This document shows, one piece after another, positions 40,832 to 50,383 of a stretch of DNA of 64,000 nt (positions are counted from its first letter, which is position 1; each line of letters opens with the position of its first letter). Both the position numbers and the translations under genes were made by a program. Below the pieces are notes generated by a model. That model had not been told where the DNA came from. It did no database searches and saw nothing but the letters and a program-made list of their open reading frames with translations. This stretch comes from Ignavibacteria bacterium (lineage in GTDB: Bacteria > Bacteroidota > Ignavibacteria > Kapaibacteriales > UBA2268). Location of the stretch: contig JBBIUA010000005.1 in the NCBI GenBank assembly GCA_037440445.1, forward strand, positions 2,816 through 66,815. The letters run 5' to 3'.

Positions 40832-41031
40832 ATTTTGCCTTGCTTATACAAAGAGAAGAAATATTCGAAAGTCCTATTATATGTTTTTTCAGCATCTTTT
40901 GGGAAAAAACAAGCAGGTAATTCACGATTACGAAGATGATAACGAAGGCAATCGCAGCATAATCCTTTTCGTGCACAAGGTTCATATGTGCAATTACAAC
41001 GAGAAATATTTGTTTCCTTTTTGCATTCCAA
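40828..41031 (-). CDS. Cysteine-rich mini-protein (7 Cys; CxC..C..CCxC..C; DUF6485-like)
   Basis: 67 aa, MECKKETNISRCNCTYEPCARKGLCCDCLRYHLRNRELPACFFPKD. Its stop overlaps the yjbQ start by 4 nt. Likely a metal-binding family conserved in anaerobes. Confidence 0.5.
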   Translation of the reverse strand: MECKKETNISRCNCTYEPCARKGLCCDCLRYHLRNRELPACFFPKDAEKTYNRTFEYFFSLYKQGKI

Positions 41032-41036
41032 TTTGA

Positions 41037-41603
41037 TTACTCCTGGGAAAGTTTTATATACATTGATTTTGAAATCAATGCTTCTTTATCCTTTTGTTTA
41101 AATGAATATTCTATCCAAAACTTATTTTCTCTTTCCCAAATAATTTTTAAAGTGACGTTAAGAGGGGACTTCTTTTTTGGGTCTTCTGTTTTACCTTCGA
41201 AAACGAACTGGTTTTGCTTTTCAACATATATTCCGTTTAAAATTAGAGCGCTGTTTGTTAAACTATTCAAAGCAATAAGAAAATATTTTTTTCGAATACC
41301 ATCGTATCCAATATATGTTCGGGTTTCGTAAGGTATTCCAGAGGAGGAAACAATAGAATCTTTAATCTCGAGTACCCTATAATTCAAAATCAAATTTACT
41401 GTTGAGAAGCCTTTTGCATAATCTATTCCGTCATTAGTGTGATATTCAATGGCTGTTTTCCACTTCCCCTCGAAAGGAATGAGTTTTTGGTGCCTTGGAT
41501 TTAAGGTATAATATTCTTGAAAAAAGTCGACATCGTTTTGGCCAAATAAGAAACTTATTGAAAGTAAAAACAAAAGGGTTATTGAACAATATTTCAATTT
41601 CAT
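41037..41603 (-). CDS. Hypothetical secreted protein
   Basis: Signal peptide and no motif recognised. It lies 3 nt downstream of the acyl-CoA dehydrogenase. Confidence 0.4.
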   Translation of the reverse strand: MKLKYCSITLLFLLSISFLFGQNDVDFFQEYYTLNPRHQKLIPFEGKWKTAIEYHTNDGIDYAKGFSTVNLILNYRVLEIKDSIVSSSGIPYETRTYIGYDGIRKKYFLIALNSLTNSALILNGIYVEKQNQFVFEGKTEDPKKKSPLNVTLKIIWERENKFWIEYSFKQKDKEALISKSMYIKLSQE

Positions 41604-41606
41604 ATT

Positions 41607-42752
41607 CTAATCCAGAACGCCATTCCGTTTTATGACATCCCGAGCAATAACCAATTTTTGTATTTCAGAAGTTCCTTCAAAAATTCTATTTATTCTCGAG
41701 TCGCGATAAAATCTTTCAATAGGAAGTTCTCTTGAATATCCCATACCCCCGTGAATTTGCATTGCATGGTCTACACAAATGTCCAATGCATTTGAACTAA
41801 CAAGTTTAACAATTGCGGATAAACGAGGTGTACATTCACCTCGGTCGTAAAGCCAAGCTGTTCGATAAACAATACTTTCGGTTTCATAAATTAAAGCAGC
41901 CATTTCTGCAAGCATGAATTGAACGGCTTCGAAATTAGCAATTGGTTCTCCAAATTGTTTGCGTTCTTTTGCAAATCGTGTGCTCATTTCTAAAAGTTCT
42001 TTGCAGGCACCGAGGCAAGCAGCTCCTAATCCGAGCCTACCAGCATCAAGAGTTTTCATTGCTGTGATAAAAGCTTTCCCTTCGCGCCCAATTAAATTAT
42101 CTTTTGGTACTCGAACATTGTCGAATGTTAATGCAGATGTTTTGCTTCCTCGTAGGCCCATTTTCTTTTCTGGTGGACCGGGAGTAAAACCAGGGGTTCC
42201 TTTTTCTGCTACAAAAAGTGAAATACCGAGATTAGTTCGTGCAAACACTGAAAAAACGTCGGCAAATGGACCGTTAGTAATCCAAAGCTTTTGACCATTG
42301 ATTACCCATTCGTTTCCATCTAAATAAGCTTTAGTTTGTAGATTAAAAGCATCGGAGCCAGCATTTGGTTCAGTGAGTGCAAAAGCAGCAATTTTTTCGC
42401 CAGAAGTAAGTTGAGGTAACCATTTTTGTTTTTGTTCTTCTGTGCCACCAATATAAATTGCATTTGTTCCAATAGAAACATGTGCTCCAACAAAAGTTGC
42501 TGTAGAAAGGCAAGCCCGAGCAATTTCTTCTTGGATAATACAATAACCGATTTCACCAACTCCAGCTCCACCATATTCTGGTGGATATGGGGCTCCAAGA
42601 ATACCAAGTTCAGCAACTTTACGTATAATATGTTCTGGGATTTCTTCATCTTCATCAATTTTGCTCGCTATTGGTTTCAACTCGTTGCTAACAAAATCGC
42701 GAACCATATCGCGAAGCATATTCTGTTCTTCGGTGAATGTGAATTCGATCAT
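41607..42752 (-). CDS. Acyl-CoA dehydrogenase
   Basis: 381 aa with a three-domain ACAD layout and the catalytic Glu region near the C-terminus (...YEGTSEIQ). Confidence 0.85.
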   Translation of the reverse strand: MIEFTFTEEQNMLRDMVRDFVSNELKPIASKIDEDEEIPEHIIRKVAELGILGAPYPPEYGGAGVGEIGYCIIQEEIARACLSTATFVGAHVSIGTNAIYIGGTEEQKQKWLPQLTSGEKIAAFALTEPNAGSDAFNLQTKAYLDGNEWVINGQKLWITNGPFADVFSVFARTNLGISLFVAEKGTPGFTPGPPEKKMGLRGSKTSALTFDNVRVPKDNLIGREGKAFITAMKTLDAGRLGLGAACLGACKELLEMSTRFAKERKQFGEPIANFEAVQFMLAEMAALIYETESIVYRTAWLYDRGECTPRLSAIVKLVSSNALDICVDHAMQIHGGMGYSRELPIERFYRDSRINRIFEGTSEIQKLVIARDVIKRNGVLD

Positions 42753-42770
42753 AAGATATCCTTTTTATTT

Positions 42771-43589
42771 TTAACTTGAATGCTCAATGAAATTCAAAAT
42801 ACTTTCGCCACCATCGACAGCGATTGTTTGTCCATTAATCCAGTAAAAGTTTTCGTCTGCTAACTTAGCAATTACTTTTGCAACATCTTCAGGAACGGTG
42901 TTTCGATTAAAAGGATTGTGTTCCTTTGCGTATTCAAGCATACGTTTGAAACCGGGAATCTTTTGAGCAGCAGGAGTATTAGTCAATCCTGCCATTATTG
43001 CATTTGCTGTAACTCTATAAGGTGCAAGTTCGACCGCAATTTGTCTAATATATGCTTCGAGTGCAGCTTTTGCGGCTGAAATTGCTCCGTAGTTCATCAT
43101 TGCTCTTTGCGAACCGATACTTGTCATTGCAAATATTCTTGCGTTTCTCCCAAGCAACTTTTCTTTGAACAAATCCTGCACCCAATATATCAAACTGTTT
43201 GCCATAACATCCATAGTCATTTCGATTTGCTTTTTAGTAGCCATTTCTTCAGGATTTTCGGAAAAAAATTTTTTGATTGTACCAAAAGCAAGAGAATGTA
43301 AAAAGACCCGAAGTTGAGGGTCATCGAATTGTTTGAAATCTTCCTTAATGGCTTGAATAATTTCAGCTCGCTTTTGGTCGTCCGCAGCATTTGCATTGAA
43401 AAAACGAGCACGTACACCAATATTTTGCAAGTATTTGCAAAATTCCTCGGCTTTTTCTTTGTTCGAACCAAAATCTAAATGGACACCAAAAATATTGTAG
43501 CCTAATTTTGCAAGTTCAATAGCAGTGGCTTTTCCGAATCCACTTGAAACACCTAAAATTAAAGCATATTGGTTTGTTGCATATTCCAT
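42771..43589 (-). CDS. Enoyl-[acyl-carrier-protein] reductase-like SDR (FabI/FabL-type)
   Basis: Y-x6-K catalytic signature YGAISAAKAALE as in FabI, with an N-terminal ALILGVSSGFGKATAIELAK nucleotide-binding region. Confidence 0.55.
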   Translation of the reverse strand: MEYATNQYALILGVSSGFGKATAIELAKLGYNIFGVHLDFGSNKEKAEEFCKYLQNIGVRARFFNANAADDQKRAEIIQAIKEDFKQFDDPQLRVFLHSLAFGTIKKFFSENPEEMATKKQIEMTMDVMANSLIYWVQDLFKEKLLGRNARIFAMTSIGSQRAMMNYGAISAAKAALEAYIRQIAVELAPYRVTANAIMAGLTNTPAAQKIPGFKRMLEYAKEHNPFNRNTVPEDVAKVIAKLADENFYWINGQTIAVDGGESILNFIEHSS

Positions 43590-43722
43590 AAATATCTAAA
43601 TAAAGTTATACTAAATTTTCTTTCTTGAATTATTATTAATTTTTAGAAACAGAATTTTTTGTTCAATTTTAAATTTGTTCAAAAATTTCCTCTGAATTTA
43701 ATAGTCTAATCATTTGGGTTAA

Positions 43723-45900
43723 TTAATATTCGCGATAAAACTTGGAACGAAAATCCTTTATCTCAGCATTTTCTTTGACTTTGTTGAACCACATAATATA
43801 AGCACTTTGTCGCCAATTCGAAATAATATTTTTGTATGTTTTTCTCCAATCGTTTCGAACAGTAACTTCGTCTGGCATTACCTTTCTATATACTTCAAAA
43901 ATATAGTAGCCTCGTTCACCGCGAAAAGGTGGGTTTATTTGGTTCATTGGTGAAAGGAAAATCTTTTCAGTAAATGCAAAATCTTGGCCAAAGCCAGTAA
44001 TGAAACCATTATTCCGGATATCGTGCCAATCATAATAACGAAGAGTAGAATCTATTTGCTGAACCTTTGCAAGAGAACCTATGTTTTTAATTCTATTGTA
44101 AACTTCGGTAGCCTTCTTTTCAACCAAATCGAGTTTCTTTTTCTTAATCAATGTAAATCTTATTTTTTCCTTTAAATCTTCGAGTGGGGTAAAACCACCT
44201 TTTCGTTCATCAATAATTTGAGCAACAATTATTCCTTGATTCTTGAGTTCGAACGGCTCGAGAATTTCACCAACTTTTCCATCAAATGCTAATGCAGTTA
44301 AATAGTTTGAACCTAAAACCGGTCGAGTTCTTTCGAAAAAGTCAGTAGTTCTTACAAATACATTAAATTCCTTAGCAGCGGAATCGAAGGGTATTCCATT
44401 CTTTATTTTCTCTTTAAGCATCTTAGCATTTCTATTGAGGATTCTTTCGGTGGTTCTTGAAACCGTTGGAACAAGTTTTATATAACTATATTTATATTCG
44501 TCTGATTTTTTGTCGTAAACTTTTATTATGTGGAAACCAAATTGAGTTTCAATTGGTCCAATGATGTCACCTGGTTTAGCCGAAAAGCATGCATCTTCAA
44601 AAGGTTTTACCATCATCCCTTTCCCAAAATATCCAAGGTCACCGCCATTTATTGCCGAGCCTTTATCTTGAGAATATTTACGTGCAAGTGATTCGAATTC
44701 TTCACCTTTTTTGGCTCTTTTTAAAATTTCTTTAGCAAAAGTAAGGGCACTATCTTTGTTGTATCCGAACTCAATTAAAATATGGCTTGCGCGAACTACT
44801 TCATTTTCGCCTTTTCGAATATCCTCAAGTCGTATAAAGTATGTTCCATCAGTTGTTTGGATTGGTCCGACTACCTGCCCAACAGGGATAGAGGTGATAA
44901 AAGAGGCAAGCTGGGATGGCAAATCTTTTGCTAATTTATATTCAGATATTTCACCATTATATTCTTTGAATTTTTTTTCAAACAGCCTACTTCTTTCTTG
45001 AATATCATCGAGCAAACTGAGTTCATCGCTAAACTTTTTAATGATTTTCTGAACAACTTGGGTATCTTGAGAGGAGGGAACAATTTTAAATATAGCATAT
45101 TTTATTTTTCTTCGTGGCTTTTCTGGGTAAAAGTGTTTGTTTTCTTCGTAATATTTTTTAATCTCCTCATCAGACACACTTACACTTTTATCGGGTATGT
45201 CATTGATATCGAAGAAAATTGCGCGAACATCAGCAATTGAATTATCTTTAATGAACTTTTCCTTTGCGTAGAGAGGAGAGGCAAAGGAACTAGCAATTGA
45301 AACAAATGTCCTAACAGAATTTAAGAGGTGTTCCTTCCGCAAATATTTTTCAATATTAATCAAGTCCTGTTTGAATTGTTCCACAATTCGTCTTTTTTCT
45401 TCCTGTGGAACAGTATTTGGTAATCTTTTATAGATAACATCAGGATTCGTTATGATTTCAAGATAAGTTTGGCGTTGAAAATTACCGGCTGAGTCCGTAA
45501 AAGGTTTACGCAAGTAGTCAGGTGGATTATCGAGAAGCACATCAAGTATTTCCTGGTCGGTTACCTGGATACCCATTTTTTGGGCTTCTTGATTTAGGAG
45601 TATATCTTCGAGTTTTTCAGCCCACAATGATTTCCTCACTTGATTTTCGTCGATATCCAAGTTTTCGGCAGTAGACTGCTTTCGTTGTTGTTCAATTTGT
45701 TGTCGAACTTCCTCTTCGAAATCTTTGTATAGTATTTTTTTACCGTTGATTTTAGCAATAACAGCCGTACGGTAATCTTGACCTTGACGCAAAATGTTTG
45801 AAATATCTGCATCGGAAGCAACCATAAAACCGACAAAAATAATTGCGAAAGCAACAAGTGCATAGGGTGATATCCTTCTTATTCGCTCAAATGTTCCCAT
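43723..45900 (-). CDS. ppiD: Periplasmic chaperone/peptidyl-prolyl isomerase PpiD-like (N-terminal TM anchor, SurA-like and parvulin domains)
   Basis: TM helix near the N-terminus and a parvulin motif (GGDLGYFGKGMMVKPFEDA...GFHIIKV). Confidence 0.7.
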   Translation of the reverse strand: MGTFERIRRISPYALVAFAIIFVGFMVASDADISNILRQGQDYRTAVIAKINGKKILYKDFEEEVRQQIEQQRKQSTAENLDIDENQVRKSLWAEKLEDILLNQEAQKMGIQVTDQEILDVLLDNPPDYLRKPFTDSAGNFQRQTYLEIITNPDVIYKRLPNTVPQEEKRRIVEQFKQDLINIEKYLRKEHLLNSVRTFVSIASSFASPLYAKEKFIKDNSIADVRAIFFDINDIPDKSVSVSDEEIKKYYEENKHFYPEKPRRKIKYAIFKIVPSSQDTQVVQKIIKKFSDELSLLDDIQERSRLFEKKFKEYNGEISEYKLAKDLPSQLASFITSIPVGQVVGPIQTTDGTYFIRLEDIRKGENEVVRASHILIEFGYNKDSALTFAKEILKRAKKGEEFESLARKYSQDKGSAINGGDLGYFGKGMMVKPFEDACFSAKPGDIIGPIETQFGFHIIKVYDKKSDEYKYSYIKLVPTVSRTTERILNRNAKMLKEKIKNGIPFDSAAKEFNVFVRTTDFFERTRPVLGSNYLTALAFDGKVGEILEPFELKNQGIIVAQIIDERKGGFTPLEDLKEKIRFTLIKKKKLDLVEKKATEVYNRIKNIGSLAKVQQIDSTLRYYDWHDIRNNGFITGFGQDFAFTEKIFLSPMNQINPPFRGERGYYIFEVYRKVMPDEVTVRNDWRKTYKNIISNWRQSAYIMWFNKVKENAEIKDFRSKFYREY

Positions 45901-45995
45901 TACTTAGTATTCCTTCAATAACAAAAATCAGATTTCAAAATTATTAAATTATTACAATTTAACCAAAAGAGGATTTAAATTACATTATGGTTAAA

Positions 45996-48545
45996 CTAAT
46001 CAAAATTAATTGGAATGACAAATGTGAAGGTTGTTCCTTTCCCTTCTTCACTTTCAAACCAAATTTTCCCATTGTGGAGTTTGATTAATTCATAACAAAG
46101 TATTAATCCGAGTCCAGTTCCTTGTTCTTTTTCTGTTCCTGCTGTAGAAATACTATATTCTATTTTGAAAAGTTTTTCTTGAATATCTTTTGGAATTCCT
46201 ATCCCTTCGTCGCGAATTGAAACTTTAAGCGAAGGGATATTCCCTTCGTAATAATTTTGAATGTCGATGTAAACATTCGAATTTCGGGGTGAAAATTTGA
46301 TTGCATTCGACAATAAATTTCTAATTACCGTTGTAATCATATTCCTGTCTAAGTAGACCATAAAATCTATGTCTTTGTTATAAATCAGTGAAATCCCTTT
46401 ATTTTTAGCAGTTGGTTCAATGTATCTAACTATATCTGTAATCAAAAGATTGATATTTATCCATTCAGGGCGGTAAACAATTCTTCCGGTTTGGGTTTTA
46501 GCCCAAGTTAATAGATTTTCAAGTAGATTTTTTAGAAGAGTCGATGTTTTGTAAATATGATTTACATATTCTCGAATTTTTTCTGGGGTAAAAGTATCAA
46601 AGAATTTATCGAGAATTTCTGAATCTGTTAAAATTGATTGAAGAGGATTCCTTAAATCATGTGCAATAATTGAAAAGAATTTATCTTTGGCGGAATTTGC
46701 TTCTCGTAGTTCCTTTTCGGATTTTTCGAGCTTTTCGTTCAAGACGATTAGTTTTCTACTTTCTTCTGCAATTGTTTCATTTAAAATTTTTAGTTCATAA
46801 TTTGCTTGTTCAAGTATTTCTTGCACTCTACGGTGTTCTTCAACTTCGAATTTATATTCATCGAGGGCAGTTTGTAAATCTCGAGTTCGTTCTTCGATTT
46901 TCCTTTCGAGCTCAATATTTAAATTACGCAGTTGATTTTCTGCTTCTATTCTATCGGTAACATCAATCAATATGTTAATAATACCAGCGAGTTCACCATC
47001 GAAATCTTTATAACCTGCCTTGAAAATTGCAAAACTTCTTACAGTTCCATCTGCCATACTGATTTTTTCGTCATAAGATTCAACTTTTTCATTTTGAATA
47101 ATTTTGCGATTTGCATCTAAGTGTTTAGCAATAAAAGATTCATTGAAGATATTTGGGAAATCTTTAACAGTCTTTCCAAAAAATTCTTTTTTACCTAAAT
47201 TTAAAATATGTTCCTGAAAATATTTATTGCAGCCAATAAATTTTCCTTCAATGTCTTCATAAAAAATTGGCATTGGTATTGTATCCAACAAAACATGAAG
47301 GAATGTGGTATAATCCACTACCTTTTGTTCAAGATTCTTTTGGTCAGTAGCGTCGCTGATTATTCCTACTATGGAAATAATTTTTCCTTCATCGGTTAAG
47401 AAAAAGCCACTTTCTTTAACATATCTTATTCTACCTTCCGATGTTTTAATCTTGTAAGTTAAATCATATGGTGAAAGATTTTCGCAATGTTTTTGAAATG
47501 TAGCAAGGTAGTTATCTAAATCTGATGGAACAATCTTTTCGATCCATTTTTCTCTTTTGTCAAGTTCCTTTTTGGAATAACCAAAAAGATCTTTAATGTT
47601 ATCAGTCCAAACAACCTCTCCACTTTCCCAGTTTCTTTCAAAAACTGCTTGTCCTGTTGCTGTTGTGGCAAAGTCGAAACGTTTTTTCCATCGTCGGAGT
47701 TCTATCTCTGTCTTCTTTTTTTCGGTAATGTCGAAGGCAAATACTAATATTCCAGAAATTTCATTATTATAGAACAATGGTATTCTATCAACAATAAAGT
47801 AATTTTCATTTTTTCCATTGATTTCGAATTTCTCTTCGCTTCCGGTTATTGGGTTTCCAGTTTTAATAACTTCCAAGTCTTTTTCTTTACAAGTGTCAAC
47901 TACTTCTTCTGAAAAAAGGGAATCTACAAACTTTCCTTCAACTTCTTCTGGGTTTTTCTGGAATTTTTTGCAAAAGTGTTTATTAACTCTAAGAATTCTA
48001 TTGTATGTATCCTTAATATAAATCACATAAGGGAGACTTTCAAAAATCTGTTTAAATTCTTCAAATGTTCTATAGTTTTGAAAATATTTATAAATATCTG
48101 AATTTTTAAATAAAACCACCCAAATAATAAAAGATTCTCCTTCTTTTAAAAATAAATGTAGAAATGTTTTTTGTTCAAGATTTTTGGGGTATTCTAAAAA
48201 ATTGAACCTCAGTATAAAAGTAGAAAAAAACTTGTTTCGGAAATCCATTTTATTTAGATCATCTTCAAATTTGCAAAATTCAGTAATATTCTTTCCGATG
48301 AAGTTATCGATATTGCTTCCTTCTATGAAAGAGTTGAACTCATTATTAATTTGAACTATTTCTCCTTCATTGTTGGTAATTAATAGCGGAAGAGGAAAGA
48401 ACTTGATTAAATCGTCTTCCAAATTATATTTTTGAACCAAAGATTCATAATTGTGGTGTAATTCTGGCAAAAATTCTTTTACAAAATCGTTATTGAATAA
48501 ATTTTCAATGAACTCATCCCAGTTAGAATTAACTAATTCTACCAT
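45996..48545 (-). CDS. Cytoplasmic multi-PAS sensor histidine kinase (orphan)
   Basis: Several PAS/PAC modules, coiled coils, an H-box (IAHDLRNPL) and HATPase_c N/G1/G2 boxes. No response regulator is adjacent. Confidence 0.8.
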   Translation of the reverse strand: MVELVNSNWDEFIENLFNNDFVKEFLPELHHNYESLVQKYNLEDDLIKFFPLPLLITNNEGEIVQINNEFNSFIEGSNIDNFIGKNITEFCKFEDDLNKMDFRNKFFSTFILRFNFLEYPKNLEQKTFLHLFLKEGESFIIWVVLFKNSDIYKYFQNYRTFEEFKQIFESLPYVIYIKDTYNRILRVNKHFCKKFQKNPEEVEGKFVDSLFSEEVVDTCKEKDLEVIKTGNPITGSEEKFEINGKNENYFIVDRIPLFYNNEISGILVFAFDITEKKKTEIELRRWKKRFDFATTATGQAVFERNWESGEVVWTDNIKDLFGYSKKELDKREKWIEKIVPSDLDNYLATFQKHCENLSPYDLTYKIKTSEGRIRYVKESGFFLTDEGKIISIVGIISDATDQKNLEQKVVDYTTFLHVLLDTIPMPIFYEDIEGKFIGCNKYFQEHILNLGKKEFFGKTVKDFPNIFNESFIAKHLDANRKIIQNEKVESYDEKISMADGTVRSFAIFKAGYKDFDGELAGIINILIDVTDRIEAENQLRNLNIELERKIEERTRDLQTALDEYKFEVEEHRRVQEILEQANYELKILNETIAEESRKLIVLNEKLEKSEKELREANSAKDKFFSIIAHDLRNPLQSILTDSEILDKFFDTFTPEKIREYVNHIYKTSTLLKNLLENLLTWAKTQTGRIVYRPEWININLLITDIVRYIEPTAKNKGISLIYNKDIDFMVYLDRNMITTVIRNLLSNAIKFSPRNSNVYIDIQNYYEGNIPSLKVSIRDEGIGIPKDIQEKLFKIEYSISTAGTEKEQGTGLGLILCYELIKLHNGKIWFESEEGKGTTFTFVIPINFD

Positions 48546-48732
48546 AAATTTAAACCCCTACCTAAAACCTCGAAACAAAGATTTTGACAAGTAAAAATCA
48601 TACCAAATTTTAAATGCGGAATAATGTGTTTTAGTAGGAAATGAAGGTGTGAAAATCTATTTTTTATTTATGAGTTTTATTACAATTGAATTTAAATCCA
48701 AAATTAAAAGTATTATTTGCTTGTAAAGTAAG

Positions 48733-49776
48733 TCAAAATTGAATTCCAATTCCAATAGTATAAAAAATCCTTTTATCGGCAAAGTAATCGTTGCCTATTG
48801 AAAAATCAATGCAGAATAAATTGTAAAATTCTTCAATGTTAGGCTTAATAGAAAAACCAGCACCCCAAATTGTTGAAGGTAAAAGTTTGAATTTTCCATC
48901 ATCGTCTCCAGCAACTGTAATCCCACCACGAAAAGCAAGAAGCTCGAAAGGTGAAAATTCAAAAGCACAAATAATATTGGGATGTTTTTCGTATTGGATA
49001 TAATTTGATTCAACAGTAATTAATAGATATGTTGGAGGCGGTTGTAAAATTGTATCTTCAAAACCAAGGTCATTTCGAAAAGTAATAATTTTAGGAGCAG
49101 AGAGTGGAAATTCCATTGCCACTCCAGTTCGAATTATAAAAGGAATGTTACTTTTTTCTTCTCTGGTGTTGTATTTCAAAAATGCTCCAATATTTTGAAC
49201 TGAAATGCCGAGGGAAAAGAGGTCGAGAACATTGAACTTTGTACCGAAGTCAAAAGCCAAACCATTTGCTGAAATATCATAGCCTTGGAGGGTGTTGTTT
49301 AAGTACTTAAAAGTTAATCCGAAACTCGCAAAATTTGTGGAGAATGCACCACCCACTGAAATATTATAAAAGTAATCAGAAAGTTTGCCAATTTCTGTCC
49401 CAGTTTTTGTCCTTGCAAGGATATTTCCCGAATTAAAAGTTGATATTGAAACACCCAAACCGAAATTATTAATCGATTGTGCGTAAGTTAGATTAGCATA
49501 ACTCCTGCTATGCTCCATTAGAGAGTATGAAGTGTAGAACATTGGAACCGGGGTACAGGAAGATAAACCTGCCGGATTATAAAAGATAGTATAAGGGTCG
49601 TTCGAGACCGCGGTAAAAGCCCCAGCCAAAGATATAGGGCGAGTTCCAATTTCTTTCAATAAACACGCTCCAGCAAAACCTCCGCCAATCCTTTGAGAGA
49701 AGGCGGGTGTTGTGAAAATATCAAATAAAATAATAAGTATGCTAAGTCTTAAAATATGGGTTTTAAAATTTATCAT
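48733..49776 (-). CDS. Outer-membrane beta-barrel, PorV/PorQ-like (FadL-family; T9SS-associated)
   Basis: Signal peptide. N-terminal motif GGGFAGAC...SLAGAFTAVSNDPYTIFYNPAGLS resembles the GMGGAftAvaDDasAi-yNPAGL motif of PorV/PorQ/UPF0164 barrels. 347 aa with a C-terminal Phe. Confidence 0.4.
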   Translation of the reverse strand: MINFKTHILRLSILIILFDIFTTPAFSQRIGGGFAGACLLKEIGTRPISLAGAFTAVSNDPYTIFYNPAGLSSCTPVPMFYTSYSLMEHSRSYANLTYAQSINNFGLGVSISTFNSGNILARTKTGTEIGKLSDYFYNISVGGAFSTNFASFGLTFKYLNNTLQGYDISANGLAFDFGTKFNVLDLFSLGISVQNIGAFLKYNTREEKSNIPFIIRTGVAMEFPLSAPKIITFRNDLGFEDTILQPPPTYLLITVESNYIQYEKHPNIICAFEFSPFELLAFRGGITVAGDDDGKFKLLPSTIWGAGFSIKPNIEEFYNLFCIDFSIGNDYFADKRIFYTIGIGIQF

Positions 49777-50330
49777 TTGGTTATCACCAATTTTTCTCTC
49801 AAACGGAAGTTGTCTCCAACAACTACAAGAAGGAATATTCCTTTTGGCAATTCGGAAACGCTGAATTCATATGGTTGTGAAGATGGTTTAGGTTTTCCTT
49901 CGAAAATATCAAGAACCTTTTTGCCAAGTAAATTATAAACAATGATTTTTATTTCTTTGTCTGGATTTTCAATTTCAAGGTAAATTGCCATCTTATCGCC
50001 CCTGTCTGCTTCTTGAATCGAGACTATCCGATTTTTTCGTGAAATTGTATCGTTTTCAATAGCTTTTTCATATTTTTTGCCATTATTTGTTTTTTTATCT
50101 TGTTTTTTAATTTCTATTTGGGCATACCGAGGATATGGACGGACACCTCCAGAAGTAAAAATTAATTCGGGAAAATATAAACAAGTGTCCTGAAATAGTT
50201 CAGGATAATAAATTTCTAAAAAGTTATAATTGGAATGTTTATCAAAACTAACTTGGCTGTTTGTTTTGGTATAATGAAGTAAAAAAATAATAATTAAGGT
50301 TAAAAGAGTAAATATTCTTCTATAAATCAT
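49773..50330 (-). CDS. Small secreted protein with T9SS type-A C-terminal sorting domain
   Basis: Signal peptide and C-terminal IKIIVYNLLGKKVLD...FSVSELPKGIFLLVVVGDNFRLREKLVITK (Por_Secre_tail-like). It overlaps the downstream barrel gene by 4 nt. Confidence 0.5.
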   Translation of the reverse strand: MIYRRIFTLLTLIIIFLLHYTKTNSQVSFDKHSNYNFLEIYYPELFQDTCLYFPELIFTSGGVRPYPRYAQIEIKKQDKKTNNGKKYEKAIENDTISRKNRIVSIQEADRGDKMAIYLEIENPDKEIKIIVYNLLGKKVLDIFEGKPKPSSQPYEFSVSELPKGIFLLVVVGDNFRLREKLVITK

Positions 50331-50383
50331 TTTTCAAAAATATTACCAATAAAAATAATAGACAAATCAAAAAATTTTTTAGT

